Origin: Eledone cirrhosa
Lineage: Eukaryota
Reading direction: 5' to 3'
DNA length: 64,000 nucleotides
NCBI GenBank assembly: GCA_964016885.1
Contig: OZ024743.1
Span: forward strand, 247,814,001-247,878,000
How positions within the stretch are numbered: position 1 is the first letter of the stretch; each line of letters begins with the position of its first letter. Below the pieces are notes generated by a model. The model did no database searches and was not told the origin of the DNA. It was given only the letters and a program-made list of their open reading frames with translations. This document shows, piece after piece, positions 1-10,854 of this stretch. Position numbers and translations under genes: made by a program.

Positions 1-615
1 GGTGATAGCTTGTCACTCAGTATCTACTGAAGCACTAAGTGGTTCAATTATTTCAGTCTCCAGATTATTAACAGTATCTTGCTTATTATGCTGGTGAATA
101 AGTGATCAGGAACTAAACTCTATTGAACATTTGATTTAACTAACCATGTATTAATCTGAGGAAACGAAAAATTCTCAACAGCAGTCAAATATCAGCAGCG
201 TAATTACATTGGTGAAGGTATGCAGTTTTGTTGTTAGGGTGTTGGACTTAGTAGTATAATATTTTGGGTTTAATCCCTGAACCCAATGGTGTGGTGTGTT
301 CTTGAGCAAAACACTCCATTTCACATTGCTCCTATTAACTCAGCTGAAAATAAGTATCAGCAGCAGCTATGGGTGGTTAACCCTGTAATAGATTGGCATC
401 TTATCTGGGGGTAGGCTTGTATTCTCAGTCACTTAATGCCAATGAAATTGGGATAAGCTCGGCCTGATGAGCCTTCAGATTTGGGACAGACAGCAACCTT
501 TTTTTTTTTAATTACCATATATTGCTATCACCTCAGTCTTGTGATATTTCCTTCACATAATAATCTTTATTTTGTAAAGAGTTTAGTCTTTCTGATTTTC
601 TGTGTATCATTTCAG

Positions 616-693
616 AGTGAACAGCATCAAAGATTGATATATTCTGGAAAACTCCTTCTCGATCATCTCAAGTTGAAAGATATATTTCATCAG
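616..693 (+). CDS. HERPUD: HERPUD-like gene, internal exon (ubiquitin-like domain, SEQHQRLIYSGKLLLDHLKLKDIFHQ); upstream exons lie outside the window
   Basis: ttcag| acceptor and |gtaagt donor; 78 nt, phase 0/0; QRLIYSGKLL.DH is the Herp UBL motif. Confidence 0.92.
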
Positions 694-1015
694 GTAAGTT
701 ATCAAATCAGAATTTTACTACTTAATTCCTTGAATTCTGACCTACCCCACTGCCATGTGTGTGGTCTCTCAAATCCTGGATGTTCACATGAAAATGATTA
801 GAAAAAATGATATTCATCAGTAAATAAACCTCACCAAAATGATAATCGATGTACAGATTTAAGAAAAAGCACAGCAATGCCAATGTATATATATATATTT
901 CCAGTTCACTCCCACTAGCACAGGTTGAAAAAGTTGGTCCTCCAGGCCAACAAAACATTTGTTCTTTGTATGGCTCTGTTGTAGTAACTGGCCTTAATAA
1001 TTATATATATATATA

Positions 1016-1757
1016 TATTGTTATGCTTTGGGAGGGTCATGTTGCCAATAAGAAACACATGCACCAGTTGCTTTCACTTCAATTTATTATAAATTAAATT
1101 TATAAATTTAGGAATTTATAAATTTCCGGTTGGTTGGTTGGTTCCACAACCAGACGATTGTTCATATATTGTCAAAGTTCTTTCGTCACACATTCTGTGA
1201 CCTCTTCAGTGACTGGGGATCTACACACAGAAAAGACGCAATGTTTAGACAAATCACAGAGGCAATGAACTCCAACCAAAATTAAATAGAAAACATGAAT
1301 GGAATAGCAACATCACAACTTACAATTAAGGACAAAATGAAAACCCACACACACATAGAACAAACAACCAACCAGTAACATGTAAATAAACAAATAAATA
1401 AACAAATATAAACACACACAGACACCCAGATGTAACACATGCGCAAACTAAGCACACAAAAATAGATGGCGTAGGACAGAACAAAGGAGAGGCACAAAAA
1501 CAAAGAAAAGAATCCCCAGTCACTGAAGAGGTCACAGAATGTGTGACAAAAGAACTTTGACAATATATGAACAATCGTCTGGTTGTGGAACCAACCAACC
1601 AACCGGAAATTTATAAATTTAATTTATAATAAATTGAAGTGAAAGCAACTAGTGCGTGTGTTTCTTATTGGCAACATGACCCTCCCAAAGCATAACAATA
1701 TCGGTTTTAACACACGTTTTCAGATAAAGAATCTTGCTAAACAAATTCAGAAACGAA
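1016..1757. mobile_element. Penelope-like element terminal repeat with an inverted partial copy (arms 1016-1220 and 1512-1701), inserted in (TA)n
   Basis: ~190 bp near-perfect inverted repeat, each arm with a hammerhead motif; a third copy at ~36944-37140 lies next to a GIY-YIG remnant. Confidence 0.7.
1171..1213 (-). ncRNA. Minimal type-I hammerhead ribozyme motif
   Basis: GUCA-CUGAAGA-G-GUCAC(AGAAUGU)GUGAC-GAAA-GAAC-UU|UGAC; core intact; sister copies at 1519-1561 (+, G12A) and 37052-37094 (-, C3U). Confidence 0.65.
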
Positions 1758-1767
1758 ATATATATAT

Positions 1768-2283
1768 ATCATCATCATCATCATTTAACATCCATCTTCC
1801 ACGCTAGCATGGGTTAGATAGTTTTGTTCCATTTGATGTGGGATTGGTTGGGACCATGTCTCACTCATACAGAACTGTCTCTGGGAGGATGGGGTAGGGT
1901 GTGTATTGGGTTAAGAGGTGCCTACTGACTGCAAGGGAAGACGGGTCTTCTGTACAACTGCATAGTGCCAAAGATCTCAATCCAGTCTTAGAGAGGTGTA
2001 AGTGAGCAAGGTCAGTTTTTATCACCTCGTCCCAGGTTTTTCTTGGTCTACCCACTCCGTAGCTTCCATCAATTTTCATTGCTCTGTACTTTTTTATACA
2101 GCTGTTGTCTTTCATACGCATCACATGGCCACACCAATGAAATCTCCTCTCCAGAACACATAATTTGATACCTCTTATGCTTAGTCTCTCCCTCAATTCG
2201 TTTATGCTTTGCCGTTCACCTACATTACTATTACACATCCATCGGAGCATGCAAGCTTCATTTCTACTACCATGTAATATCGC
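1768..2283 (-). mobile_element. RTE-clade LINE 3' fragment (same family as 25388-28173)
   Basis: RNEACMLRWMCNSN...GRPRKTWDEVI nearly identical to the C-terminus of the 26641 ORF; (GAT)n tail. Confidence 0.85.
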
Positions 2284-2311
2284 CATATATATATATATAA
2301 TAATCATAATC

Positions 2312-2640
2312 ATCATCATTTTACGTCCGCTTTTCCCTGCTTGCAAGGGTGGGATGGGAACTGATTCTGGCTTGATTTCTACAGCTGGATGCCCTTCCTA
2401 ACACCAACCTCATTTACAGTGAGTGCTGGGTGCTTTTTTGCCGTGGCGCCTACACGTCCACTTTACAGTGGAATGAAAGGGACCTCAGTCCCTATCATCT
2501 AATTTCTACAGCTGAGTAAACTGGAGCAATGTGAAATAAAGTGTCTTGCTCAAGGAAACAACACATCACCCGGTCTGAGAATTGAACTCACAACCTTTCC
2601 ATTGGAAGGCCAATGCTCTAACCACTAAGCCATGTGCCTC
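2312..2640 (-). mobile_element. tRNA-derived SINE, family B, with RTE-derived 3' tail
   Basis: A box TGGCTTAGTGG and B box GAGTTCAATTC; 3' end GGACGTAAAATGATGA shared with the RTE LINE. Confidence 0.85.
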
Positions 2641-2659
2641 TATATATATATATATATAT

Positions 2660-2776
2660 ATAGGAAAAAGTATGACCCCGACGGCAGAGCTTAAGCCGTT
2701 TCGACGGCTATTTCTGGACAGAAATAGCTGTCGAAACGGCTTGAGCTATGCCATCGGGGGTCATACTTTTTCCTAT
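2660..2776. repeat. Long near-perfect fold-back hairpin in a HERPUD intron
   Basis: taggaaaaagtatgacccc...tatttct-ggac-agaaata...ggggtcatactttttccta. Confidence 0.9.
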
Positions 2777-3380
2777 TACCCACTCTACTACCCTAAGTAT
2801 TGAGTACTCTGGTTCCTTACCACAACTCCTTTGTTATATATATATATATATTATATAGTAATAATATACAAAAACTAAAATCAAAGAGTACTCAATAAGT
2901 GTTGTATATATTATAGGTATATATAAAGCTGTAGAGCAAATATTTATTATTAGTGCAGATTAAAAGTTAAATCAATAAATTTCTGCTTTGACCCTAAGCG
3001 GGATCATTTGAAACTGAGAAAAATCAATCTGTAAATACAGAAGTAAATATTTAAAAAAAAGTTATGACCAAATATTGCCTTTAGAAAACAGGAAAACAAA
3101 ATGGTAGTGCGTGAGGGCAAAATGTATGCTAGGATAATTACGTTATTATGTGGAGCGAGAACAAATTCTCGCTATGGAAAAATCAGAAGACTAATATTCT
3201 TTTTAGAATAGGTGAATAATCTTTACAACTGGATGCCCTTCCTGGGCTCAACCTTTTTAGTCACCTCTAAAGACATACAGAGATATGGTGTATCTATTCT
3301 AAACTGTATATAACAGTAAAATATTAAAATAGCGTCATTTTTGTTTGTAATGTAAAACTATACTATTTTTTTTTTTTAAG

Positions 3381-3479
3381 TTTGATCAAGGAAGTCAGCA
3401 CACAATCCATTTGGTTTGCACTCAAGTGGTAGACATTTCAAACAAAACTAACACCCAGTCCACTGAGACACAGGAGACA
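3381..3479 (+). CDS. HERPUD: HERPUD-like exon (FDQGSQHTIHLVCTQVVDISNKTNTQSTETQET), end of UBL domain
   Basis: poly-T tract + aag acceptor, |gtaagt donor; 99 nt, phase 0/0; HTIHLVC matches the Herp UBL C-terminus. Confidence 0.9.
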
Positions 3480-4350
3480 GTAAGTAAATTGCTTGTTTAT
3501 ATTTCCATGTATGTGTTTTTCTCTGTATGTGTCTTTACATTGACATCACTTAACTCTTTCATTACCATATTTATAATGAATGACACTATTGATATTTTAA
3601 TTAAATTTAAAGGCAATCAAGATTTTGAGGAATTTTGTAAAATAACTGCCTTTTCATTATAATACTAATGTTCAGAGCATTATTTTAAAAAAAATCCTTT
3701 CATGAAATTATGAGGAAAGGTATGAACAATTAAAAAAGAGCAGTTTTGTAATATAAAATCAGGAGTGGTTTCAGGTGAGTTGGTATGAAAAGTGTTGAAC
3801 AACGGCAGTTCAACAGATGATGATCAGTGGTATAAGTACCATACTTAAAAATAAGTAAGAGTTGACGTCAAGAAAAGTATCCAGCCATAGAATATTGCCT
3901 CAGAAAGTTTGGTCTAACCCATGCCAGCATGGACAAGTGGCAGTAAAAACAATGATACAATGATGATATCGCCATCATTATTTTATGTCCACTTTTCATG
4001 CTGGCATGGCTGGATTGTTGTAACGGTTTGAGCCAGTTCTTATTTGGAGTTACCTCCCTCCTAGATGGGTCAGAGAACCATGTCTCACTGAAAGGATCCA
4101 TTTTTGACATGGTTTCTAAGGCTAGATGCCTTTCCTAACACCAACTTCTTTACGCAGTGTCATCATTTAACGTCCATTTTCCAAACTTGCACAGATTAGA
4201 CAGGTTGTCACATTATGAGACAAGTCCGGTCAGGTAACCATATTTTGCTCATACATATCTGTATTTTGGCTTGGTTTCTATGGATGGATGCCCTTCCTAA
4301 TGCCAACCATGTTACAGTGTGGACTGAGTGTATTGGATGCATTGTGACCT

Positions 4351-4682
4351 GGAGGCACATGGCTTAGTGGTTAGAGCATTGGCCTTGCAATTGAAAGGAT
4401 GTGAGTTCAATTCTCAGACCGAGTGATGTGTTGTTTCCTTGAGCAAGACACTTTATTTCACATTGCTCCAGTTTACTCAGCTGTAGAAATGAGATGATAG
4501 GACTGGGTTCCCTATCATTCCACTGTAAAGTGGACGTGTAGGCACCACGGAAAAAAAAGCACCCAGTACTCACTGTAAATGAGGTTGGTGTTAGGAAGGA
4601 CATCCAGCTGTAAAAATCAAGCCAGAATCAGTTCCCGTCCCACCCTTGCATGCAGGGAAAAGCGGACGTAAAATGATGATGA
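4351..4682 (+). mobile_element. tRNA-derived SINE, family B, inverted relative to 2312-2640
   Basis: Near-identical reverse complement of 2312-2640; related heads at ~213, 15105, 17393, 25325(-), 49463, 61628 and 63834. Confidence 0.85.
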
Positions 4683-4824
4683 AAATGATGAACTCTAGAG
4701 AGGTTGGTATGTCCTCAGTGACTTTGTCTTGTATCACACAAGACTAATGATGATTACTCATTACTCAACACTGTCTCCATTAATTTCTGTTAATGTGATC
4801 AAGAGAGTGAATAGGGAAAGAGAA

Positions 4825-5392
4825 TAATTGTTTCTACTTTAGGTACAAGGCCAGCAATTACCCAGTGCGTTACTGGTACTTTATTTTATCGACCCCGTAA
4901 GGATGAAAGGCAAAGTCAACCTCGGCGGGATTTGAACTCAGATCATAAAGGGACGTAACTATGCTGGAAAGCATGGCGTCCGACCCTCTACCGATACTGC
5001 CAATCCACCGCCCTTATAATTGTTTCTACTTTAGGCACAAGGCCAGCAAATACCCAGTGTATTACTGGTACTTTATTTTATCGACCCCGTAAGGATGAAA
5101 GGCAAAGTCAACCTCGGCGGGATTTGAACTCAGATCGTAAAGGGACGTAACTATGCTGGAAAGCATGGCGTCCGACTCTCCACCGATACTGCCAATCCAC
5201 CCCAGGGAAAGAGAATAATTGTTTCTACTTTAGGCACAAGGCCAGCAATTACCCAGTGCATTACTGGTACTTTATTTTATCGACCTCGTAAGGATGACAG
5301 GCTAAGTCAACCTCGGTGGGATTTGAACTCAGATCGTAAAGGGACGTAACTATGCTTCAAAGCATGGCGTCCGACTCTCTACCGATACTAAT
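4825..5392 (-). mobile_element. Three head-to-tail copies of tRNA-derived SINE family A (~190 bp)
   Basis: B box GAGTTCAAATCCC; central GCCTTTCATCCTTACGGGGTCGATAAAATAAAGTACCAG (resembles the Meta-SINE domain, from memory); tail GTAGAAACAATT; duplicated flank agggaaagagaataat at ~4813 and ~5204. Confidence 0.88.
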
Positions 5393-5399
5393 AATGACA

Positions 5400-5820
5400 C
5401 TCACTTAGAGTTTTCTGCACTTTTTTACAACTGTATATGCATTACATATCCATACCAGTGCAGTCTTCCATCTTGAATACTACATCTGATTCCTCTTATA
5501 CCCAGTTATTCTCTCAGCTCATTGTTCATGCACACTAAGATTACACATCCTACAGAACATGCTCACTGTGTTTGTTTCTAGTCTTCATTTAAAGTTCACA
5601 TCTTGCTACTATGCACTATCACAGATTATGCACATGCATCATACAATCTGCTTTTCACTCTGAGAGTGAGATCCTTCATTGGCAAGTTGTTAAAGACATT
5701 GAGAAATAGCTCCCCAATTTTTTTCTGATTTTTTAAAAATATAGCTGTTATTCTTTTTGATCACCCACCTCCACTGCTAATTAGGTCACCTTGGTAATGA
5801 AATCTGTTACTACTTCAAGA
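5400..5820 (-). mobile_element. Old degenerate RTE LINE fragment
   Basis: Reverse complement resembles the RT C-terminal region of the 26641 ORF, with many stops. Confidence 0.55.
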
Positions 5821-6623
5821 TTTATATGTAACTAGCTGAGGTACCTAGCTTCACCAAGGTTAACAAATGATAAGAGAAGACTGGCAGAAGAGAAGACGTC
5901 TGTATTGAATGCATTGTCTTGTTTACAGTGTGTGTGTTTGTGTATATATATATATATGTGTGTGTGTTTGTGTGTTGGTTAGCATACGTGGTATGTCTTT
6001 CTTCTTTGGTGTTTTAAAATTAGTATCAATAAAATTTCCTGGATATACTCTTATCCCAATTCTCTACATACTTTCCGATTGTCACTTTTCGTCTTTTTTG
6101 TGTGATACATGAAGGAACCAATCAACAAACATTTCTCTTTTATATCTCTTTTATTTGTTCATTCAAAATATTTTTCAGCTAATTCTGTCGTACAATATAT
6201 ATACATCAGCAATCGTTATCCAATGTTTAAAACATATGAATAGCTGCGATATATGCACCATATCAATCAAAAACGATATGAGAATTGAATACCATACTAA
6301 AGCGCCAGTAAGCTTGCTAAAAACCTGCAGATAGAAATGTTAATAAATACAACATTTGGCTTGGGTAAACTTTAAGATGTTCTTTCATTGTAGGTTTCTT
6401 TTCTCAGCCAGTACGTTAAAGAAAATTGATAGTTACAAGAATAAAGGTTGAACAGAGAACAAATTTTTTAACAAACTTTACAATAATTTGTACAACCATA
6501 ATGGAAATTCCAAGTAACAGAAAATACATAAATTACATTCTTAGAGCCTCAGAGTAAACAATATTTTTTGTTCGGCCCTTGGGAGCAAAGATGAAGAGAT
6601 TGTTTGGCGAGCTCACTCTAGAA

Positions 6624-8940
6624 CAGGGGTCGGCAACCTTTTGGAGAGAGAGGGCCAAACAGCTATGTAGTGTCATGGAGGAGGGCTATGTTATTAAATA
6701 TGTAAATAAATTCTCTGGAGGTTTAAAGCAAAACAAGGAATTTAATATAATTTTATTTTAACAAGGCCTCTTATTTTACTGTGCAGGAATAACAAAAAAA
6801 AAAAGAAAAAGAAAACTACAAACACATTCAACAAAAAAAAAGCAAATTTCTTATTTTACTGCAGGAATAACAGAAAAACAACTACTATCACAATCAACAA
6901 AAAAAAAAAGCAAATTCCTTGCTACAAACGAAATACAGTTAGAAATGGTAAACGATTTAATGAGACACTTGTTTCTGCTTATTGTGCAATAACTTCTCCA
7001 CATCAGGTGAAATATTTATCGATGACAGGAGCAAAACGTAATCCAGGTGGTCGTCACGCAACCTTGTTCTTAAATGACTTTTACTATATTTCATTTTGGA
7101 AAAAAGTTGTTCACAAGCATATGTACTTCCAAATAATGATATCATCAGTTTCACATTGGTGAAGATGTTTTTATATTTTCCGCTTGGCAATATATATTTC
7201 TTGTAGAAGTCAGCAGTGGATTCGAACTGAAATTTTGATTTCAAAGATTCGTCGCAACTGATATTCTTCTGCCACTTGCTCCACATCTGTTTCGTAAGGA
7301 GTACCAAATAACTTAAATAGAGTTCCATATTGCCGGAAGTCAGCAAAACAAGAGGAAAACTCGCTTCTCAAATCCTTAATAGAGCTCACAAAGATGTCTG
7401 GTATTGTATCTCTCTTGTGATTTTGGAGACTTGGGAAATGAGAGTCGTTTCCTTTTTGAAGTTGTGATTCCCACAGTCGAAGTTTTCTCTCAAAAGCAGT
7501 AATTTGACCAAACATCTCAAATACAACCTTGTTCTTTCATTGAAGCTCAAGATTCAAAGTGTTCATGTGGGTCGTGATGTCCACTAAAAAATCTAACTTG
7601 ACAACCCACTGTGGATCCTGAAAGTAAGAATTATCTTGGTCTTTGCTCTCTAAAAACATAGAAATCTCTTCTCTCAATGTATATACTCGTTCTATCATTT
7701 TTCCGTGACTAAGCCATCGAACATTTGAAAAATATGTAAGGTCGCCATACTTTGCTTCAATTTGTTTTAGAAATTCTTGAAACTGGCGGTGATTTAGTCC
7801 TCTTGACAGTATAAAATTCACTGTTTTCACGACCACTGCCATGATGTCCTTAAAATTCAGTGACTTTGCACATAATGCTTCTTGATGAATAATTGTTTCT
7901 ACTTTAGGCACAAGGCCAGCAATCACCCAGTGCATTACTGGTACTTTATTTTATCGACCCCGTAAGGATGAAAGGCAAAGTCAACCTCGGCGGGATTTGA
8001 ACTCAGATCATAAAGGGACGTAACTATGCTGGAAAGCATGGCGTCCGACCCTAATGCAATGAAGTTTGATTAGTTTTTGATCAATACCGATGTGGTTTTG
8101 GAGCAATGCAACAAACTTCTTTTTCTCTCCAACCATTGCTGGTGACCATCTGTGATGACTCCAGAAAGCTTTGATAAATCCAGATTCATTTCGGTAATCC
8201 ATTTTATTATGCTTTCCAAAATATCTGATCCAGTGCTAGTGTCCTTCATAGGAATCAATTGTACAAATTCTTCCACAATATCAAATGTTGGTGTTACACC
8301 CCTCACAAACACTGCAATTTGACAAGTATCCTTCATATCTGTGGTTTCATCGATAGCAATGGAATAATACTCCAGATTATTTAAAATGCCCTCCAAGCCA
8401 CTTCTGACATTTGCTGCCAGCTCTTCAATTCACCTTGTTCTTGCCGATAAGCTGATCGCAGAAAACAGGTAAGGTCAGGCAAACGAAGACGACAATAATT
8501 CACAAGTGATTTTATTGAATGACAATATGTGTATAAAAGCGAGTCATGCGAACCGTAAGGTAGTATACCTTCCAGTCGCTGACAAAAATGCATACTTCCA
8601 GCCAACATTTGTGTTTGTTGACTGGAACAAAAACACATACATGAAATCGCAGGAAATAATAATACAGGTGATATAATGCTTGGCGGAAAGTCCAGGAAAA
8701 GATGGATAAGAGGAAATAATAATAAATGGAAAATATAATAAGGTTACAAAGGTATCTGTAAATATATATGGTATGAGCAGCGATTTGTGATGGGCATCAG
8801 GTCGACACAACCTTGAAGTGAACTACTGTATCTGTATTCGATACTAATTAGATAATTAGTGTCCAGTGTAATATGGTGGGCCGGACAAAAATCACTCGAG
8901 GGCCGGATGTGGCCCGCGGGCCGGGGGTTGCCGACCCCTG
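6624..8940 (-). mobile_element. hAT (Buster/Charlie/SPIN-like, GTF2IRD2-type) DNA transposon with decayed transposase
   Basis: 15-bp TIRs CAGGGGTCGGCAACC; 8-bp TSD ctctagaa/ctctagag (nnnTAnnn); transposase pieces SIAIDETTD, HCI-IHQEALCAK, VRWLS, FGSTYACEQLFSKMK. Confidence 0.95.
7891..8051 (-). mobile_element. 5'-truncated SINE family A inserted in the hAT transposase
   Basis: Near-identical to the 4825-5392 copies; interrupts the HCI|IHQE codons. Confidence 0.9.
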
Positions 8941-9066
8941 CTCTAGAGCATCCATCTTATATACAATTGACCATGGTTTTCTCAGATGAAGGCCAGCTAC
9001 TTTTAGGGTTTACCCTGAGTTTTGTTGATGTTAATCGCGAACCTTAGTTTCTCTGTTGCTCTAGGA

Positions 9067-9422
9067 ACATTTTTTTCTTCTGGAAAATCTGATCTTGCGG
9101 CCAGGCTAGGACTTTTGGGGTGGCATATCGGCAGTAACAATGACGATAAGCCGTCTGTGCTTTCGTGAAATAAATACGTTTGTTATAACATTTTTTCTTC
9201 TGGAAAATCTGATCTTGCGGCCAGGCTAGGACTTTTGGGGTGGCATATCGGCAGTAACAATGACAATAAGCCGTCTGTGCTTTCGTGAAATAAATACGTT
9301 TGTTATAACATTTTTTCTTCTGGAAAATCTGATCTTGCAGCCAGGCTAGGACTTTTGGGGTGGCATATCGGCAGTAACAATGACAATAAGTCGTCTGTGC
9401 TTTCGTGAAATAAATACGTTTG
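9067..9422. repeat. Tandem repeat, 3 x 120 bp
   Basis: Identical phase at 9121, 9241 and 9361 (tggcatatcggcagtaac...). Confidence 0.95.
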
Positions 9423-9452
9423 TGTATGCAAAAATATCTGTACACAAATATA

Positions 9453-9498
<46 letters not shown>

Positions 9499-9718
9499 TA
9501 ACAGATTAAAGTTTATGCAAAGAATCGCTGCTTCCACCCTTAATGGGATCTTCTGAAACTAAAAAAAATCAATCTGTGAACGCAGAAGTAAATATTTTGA
9601 AAAACGTTGCAACCGAAAGAAAACAAGAAGATGATACTTTGGTTCGTGAAGACGTTAGGAATATCGTATAACCGGAAGTGTTGACATTTGAAAATTTTAA
9701 AGAAGTGAATATTTAAAT

Positions 9719-9893
9719 AATTGTTTCTACTTTAGGCTCAAGGCCAGCAATTACTGGTACTTTATTTTATCGACCCCGTAAGAATGAAAGGCAAAGTTAA
9801 CTTTGGCGGGATTTGAACTCAGAATGACAAGGTCCATAATTCTATGCGTCAAAGCATGGCGTCCGACTCTCTACCGATACTGCCAATCCACCG
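9719..9893 (-). mobile_element. SINE family A with TSD
   Basis: TSD tatttaaataat on both sides. Confidence 0.85.
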
Positions 9894-10141
9894 ATTATTT
9901 AAATAATGTCTTTAATCTTTTAACAAAATTCAGTAGACAAAAATACCCTCAGTTTCTTACTTGGAAAAAGTTACATCTATGATGCAAATTTGGTGCTGTT
10001 TGGTTCAGCCGCTTGGTGGAAAGTTTGTTATTTACTGTCAGCTTTATAGTATAGATGTTCTTCATTCACGTTCTCATTTACAGGTTTATTTTCACAACAT
10101 TTGATGTATCTAATAGTGCCAATATTATCTCATTTATCTAG

Positions 10142-10239
10142 GTTCCTGAAGCATCTGTTCCAGAACCTGCATCTTTCACAACTCCAGACACTGAATTAAG
10201 ACATCGAAGTCATAATGCAGAGGGCTTTTACAATCCTAG
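10142..10239 (+). CDS. HERPUD: HERPUD-like exon (VPEASVPEPASFTTPDTELRHRSHNAEGFYNP)
   Basis: ctag| acceptor, |gttggt donor; phase 0 in and phase 2 out fits both neighbours; LRHR resembles the Herp LRQR motif. Confidence 0.78.
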
Positions 10240-10854
10240 GTTGGTATTGTTTTATTTCAATAGAATTCTGAGTGAATCAAATGTTATTTGAATAAGATAC
10301 CTATTTGATAACATAGGAGATTTACAGCTGTGTTTAATTCTTTTATCATATTTCTAATAAAAGACATTGTCTATAATTTTCAAATCATTTAAAAAATAAT
10401 CGAGAATTTGGAGGGATTTAGTAATGTAGCTAGCTTTCTCATTATTAAACTGGTGTTTGGAATGTAAAAAAAGTTCTTATATAAAATTATAATGGAAAGT
10501 TTTTAGATAAATATAAACACTTTAAAACAAAGTTTGATTCATAGAATCAGGAGTGGTTTTAGGCAGTTTGGTGTTAAAAGGGTTAAAAGTATTCTTTATA
10601 ACATTTTACTCATATCATCTGAAACCTTTTGATACTTCATGTTAGCTGACTGGTTGGTGCTCCTTCAGTTATGCTTTCATGGGCATCATATGTGTTTCAC
10701 TTCTGACTCATCTGTAACAGATAGAGAGGTGATTGGCTTTGGACAAACTCTAACCTTTTTCAAAATCTCCTGGCAGCAGCAATGGCAACACACACCAACA
10801 ACAGCACACACACTAACAACAGCACACACACTAACAACAGCAACACACAATAGA

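Larger units (their letters stand above)
5832..10055 (-). mobile_element. Probable non-autonomous Helitron(s) hosting nested insertions
   Basis: CTAG|T 3' end at 5832 resembling the end at 28769; A|TCTATACTATAAAG 5' end at 10055; 9672-9718 recurs at ~57300. An alternative 5' end may lie near 6140. Confidence 0.45.

Noticed and set aside
455-490. CTGATGA hammerhead core
   Set aside because: No stem II-GAAA partner downstream; part of an old SINE tail
9044-9445. 133-aa repetitive ORF
   Set aside because: By-product of the 120-bp tandem repeat
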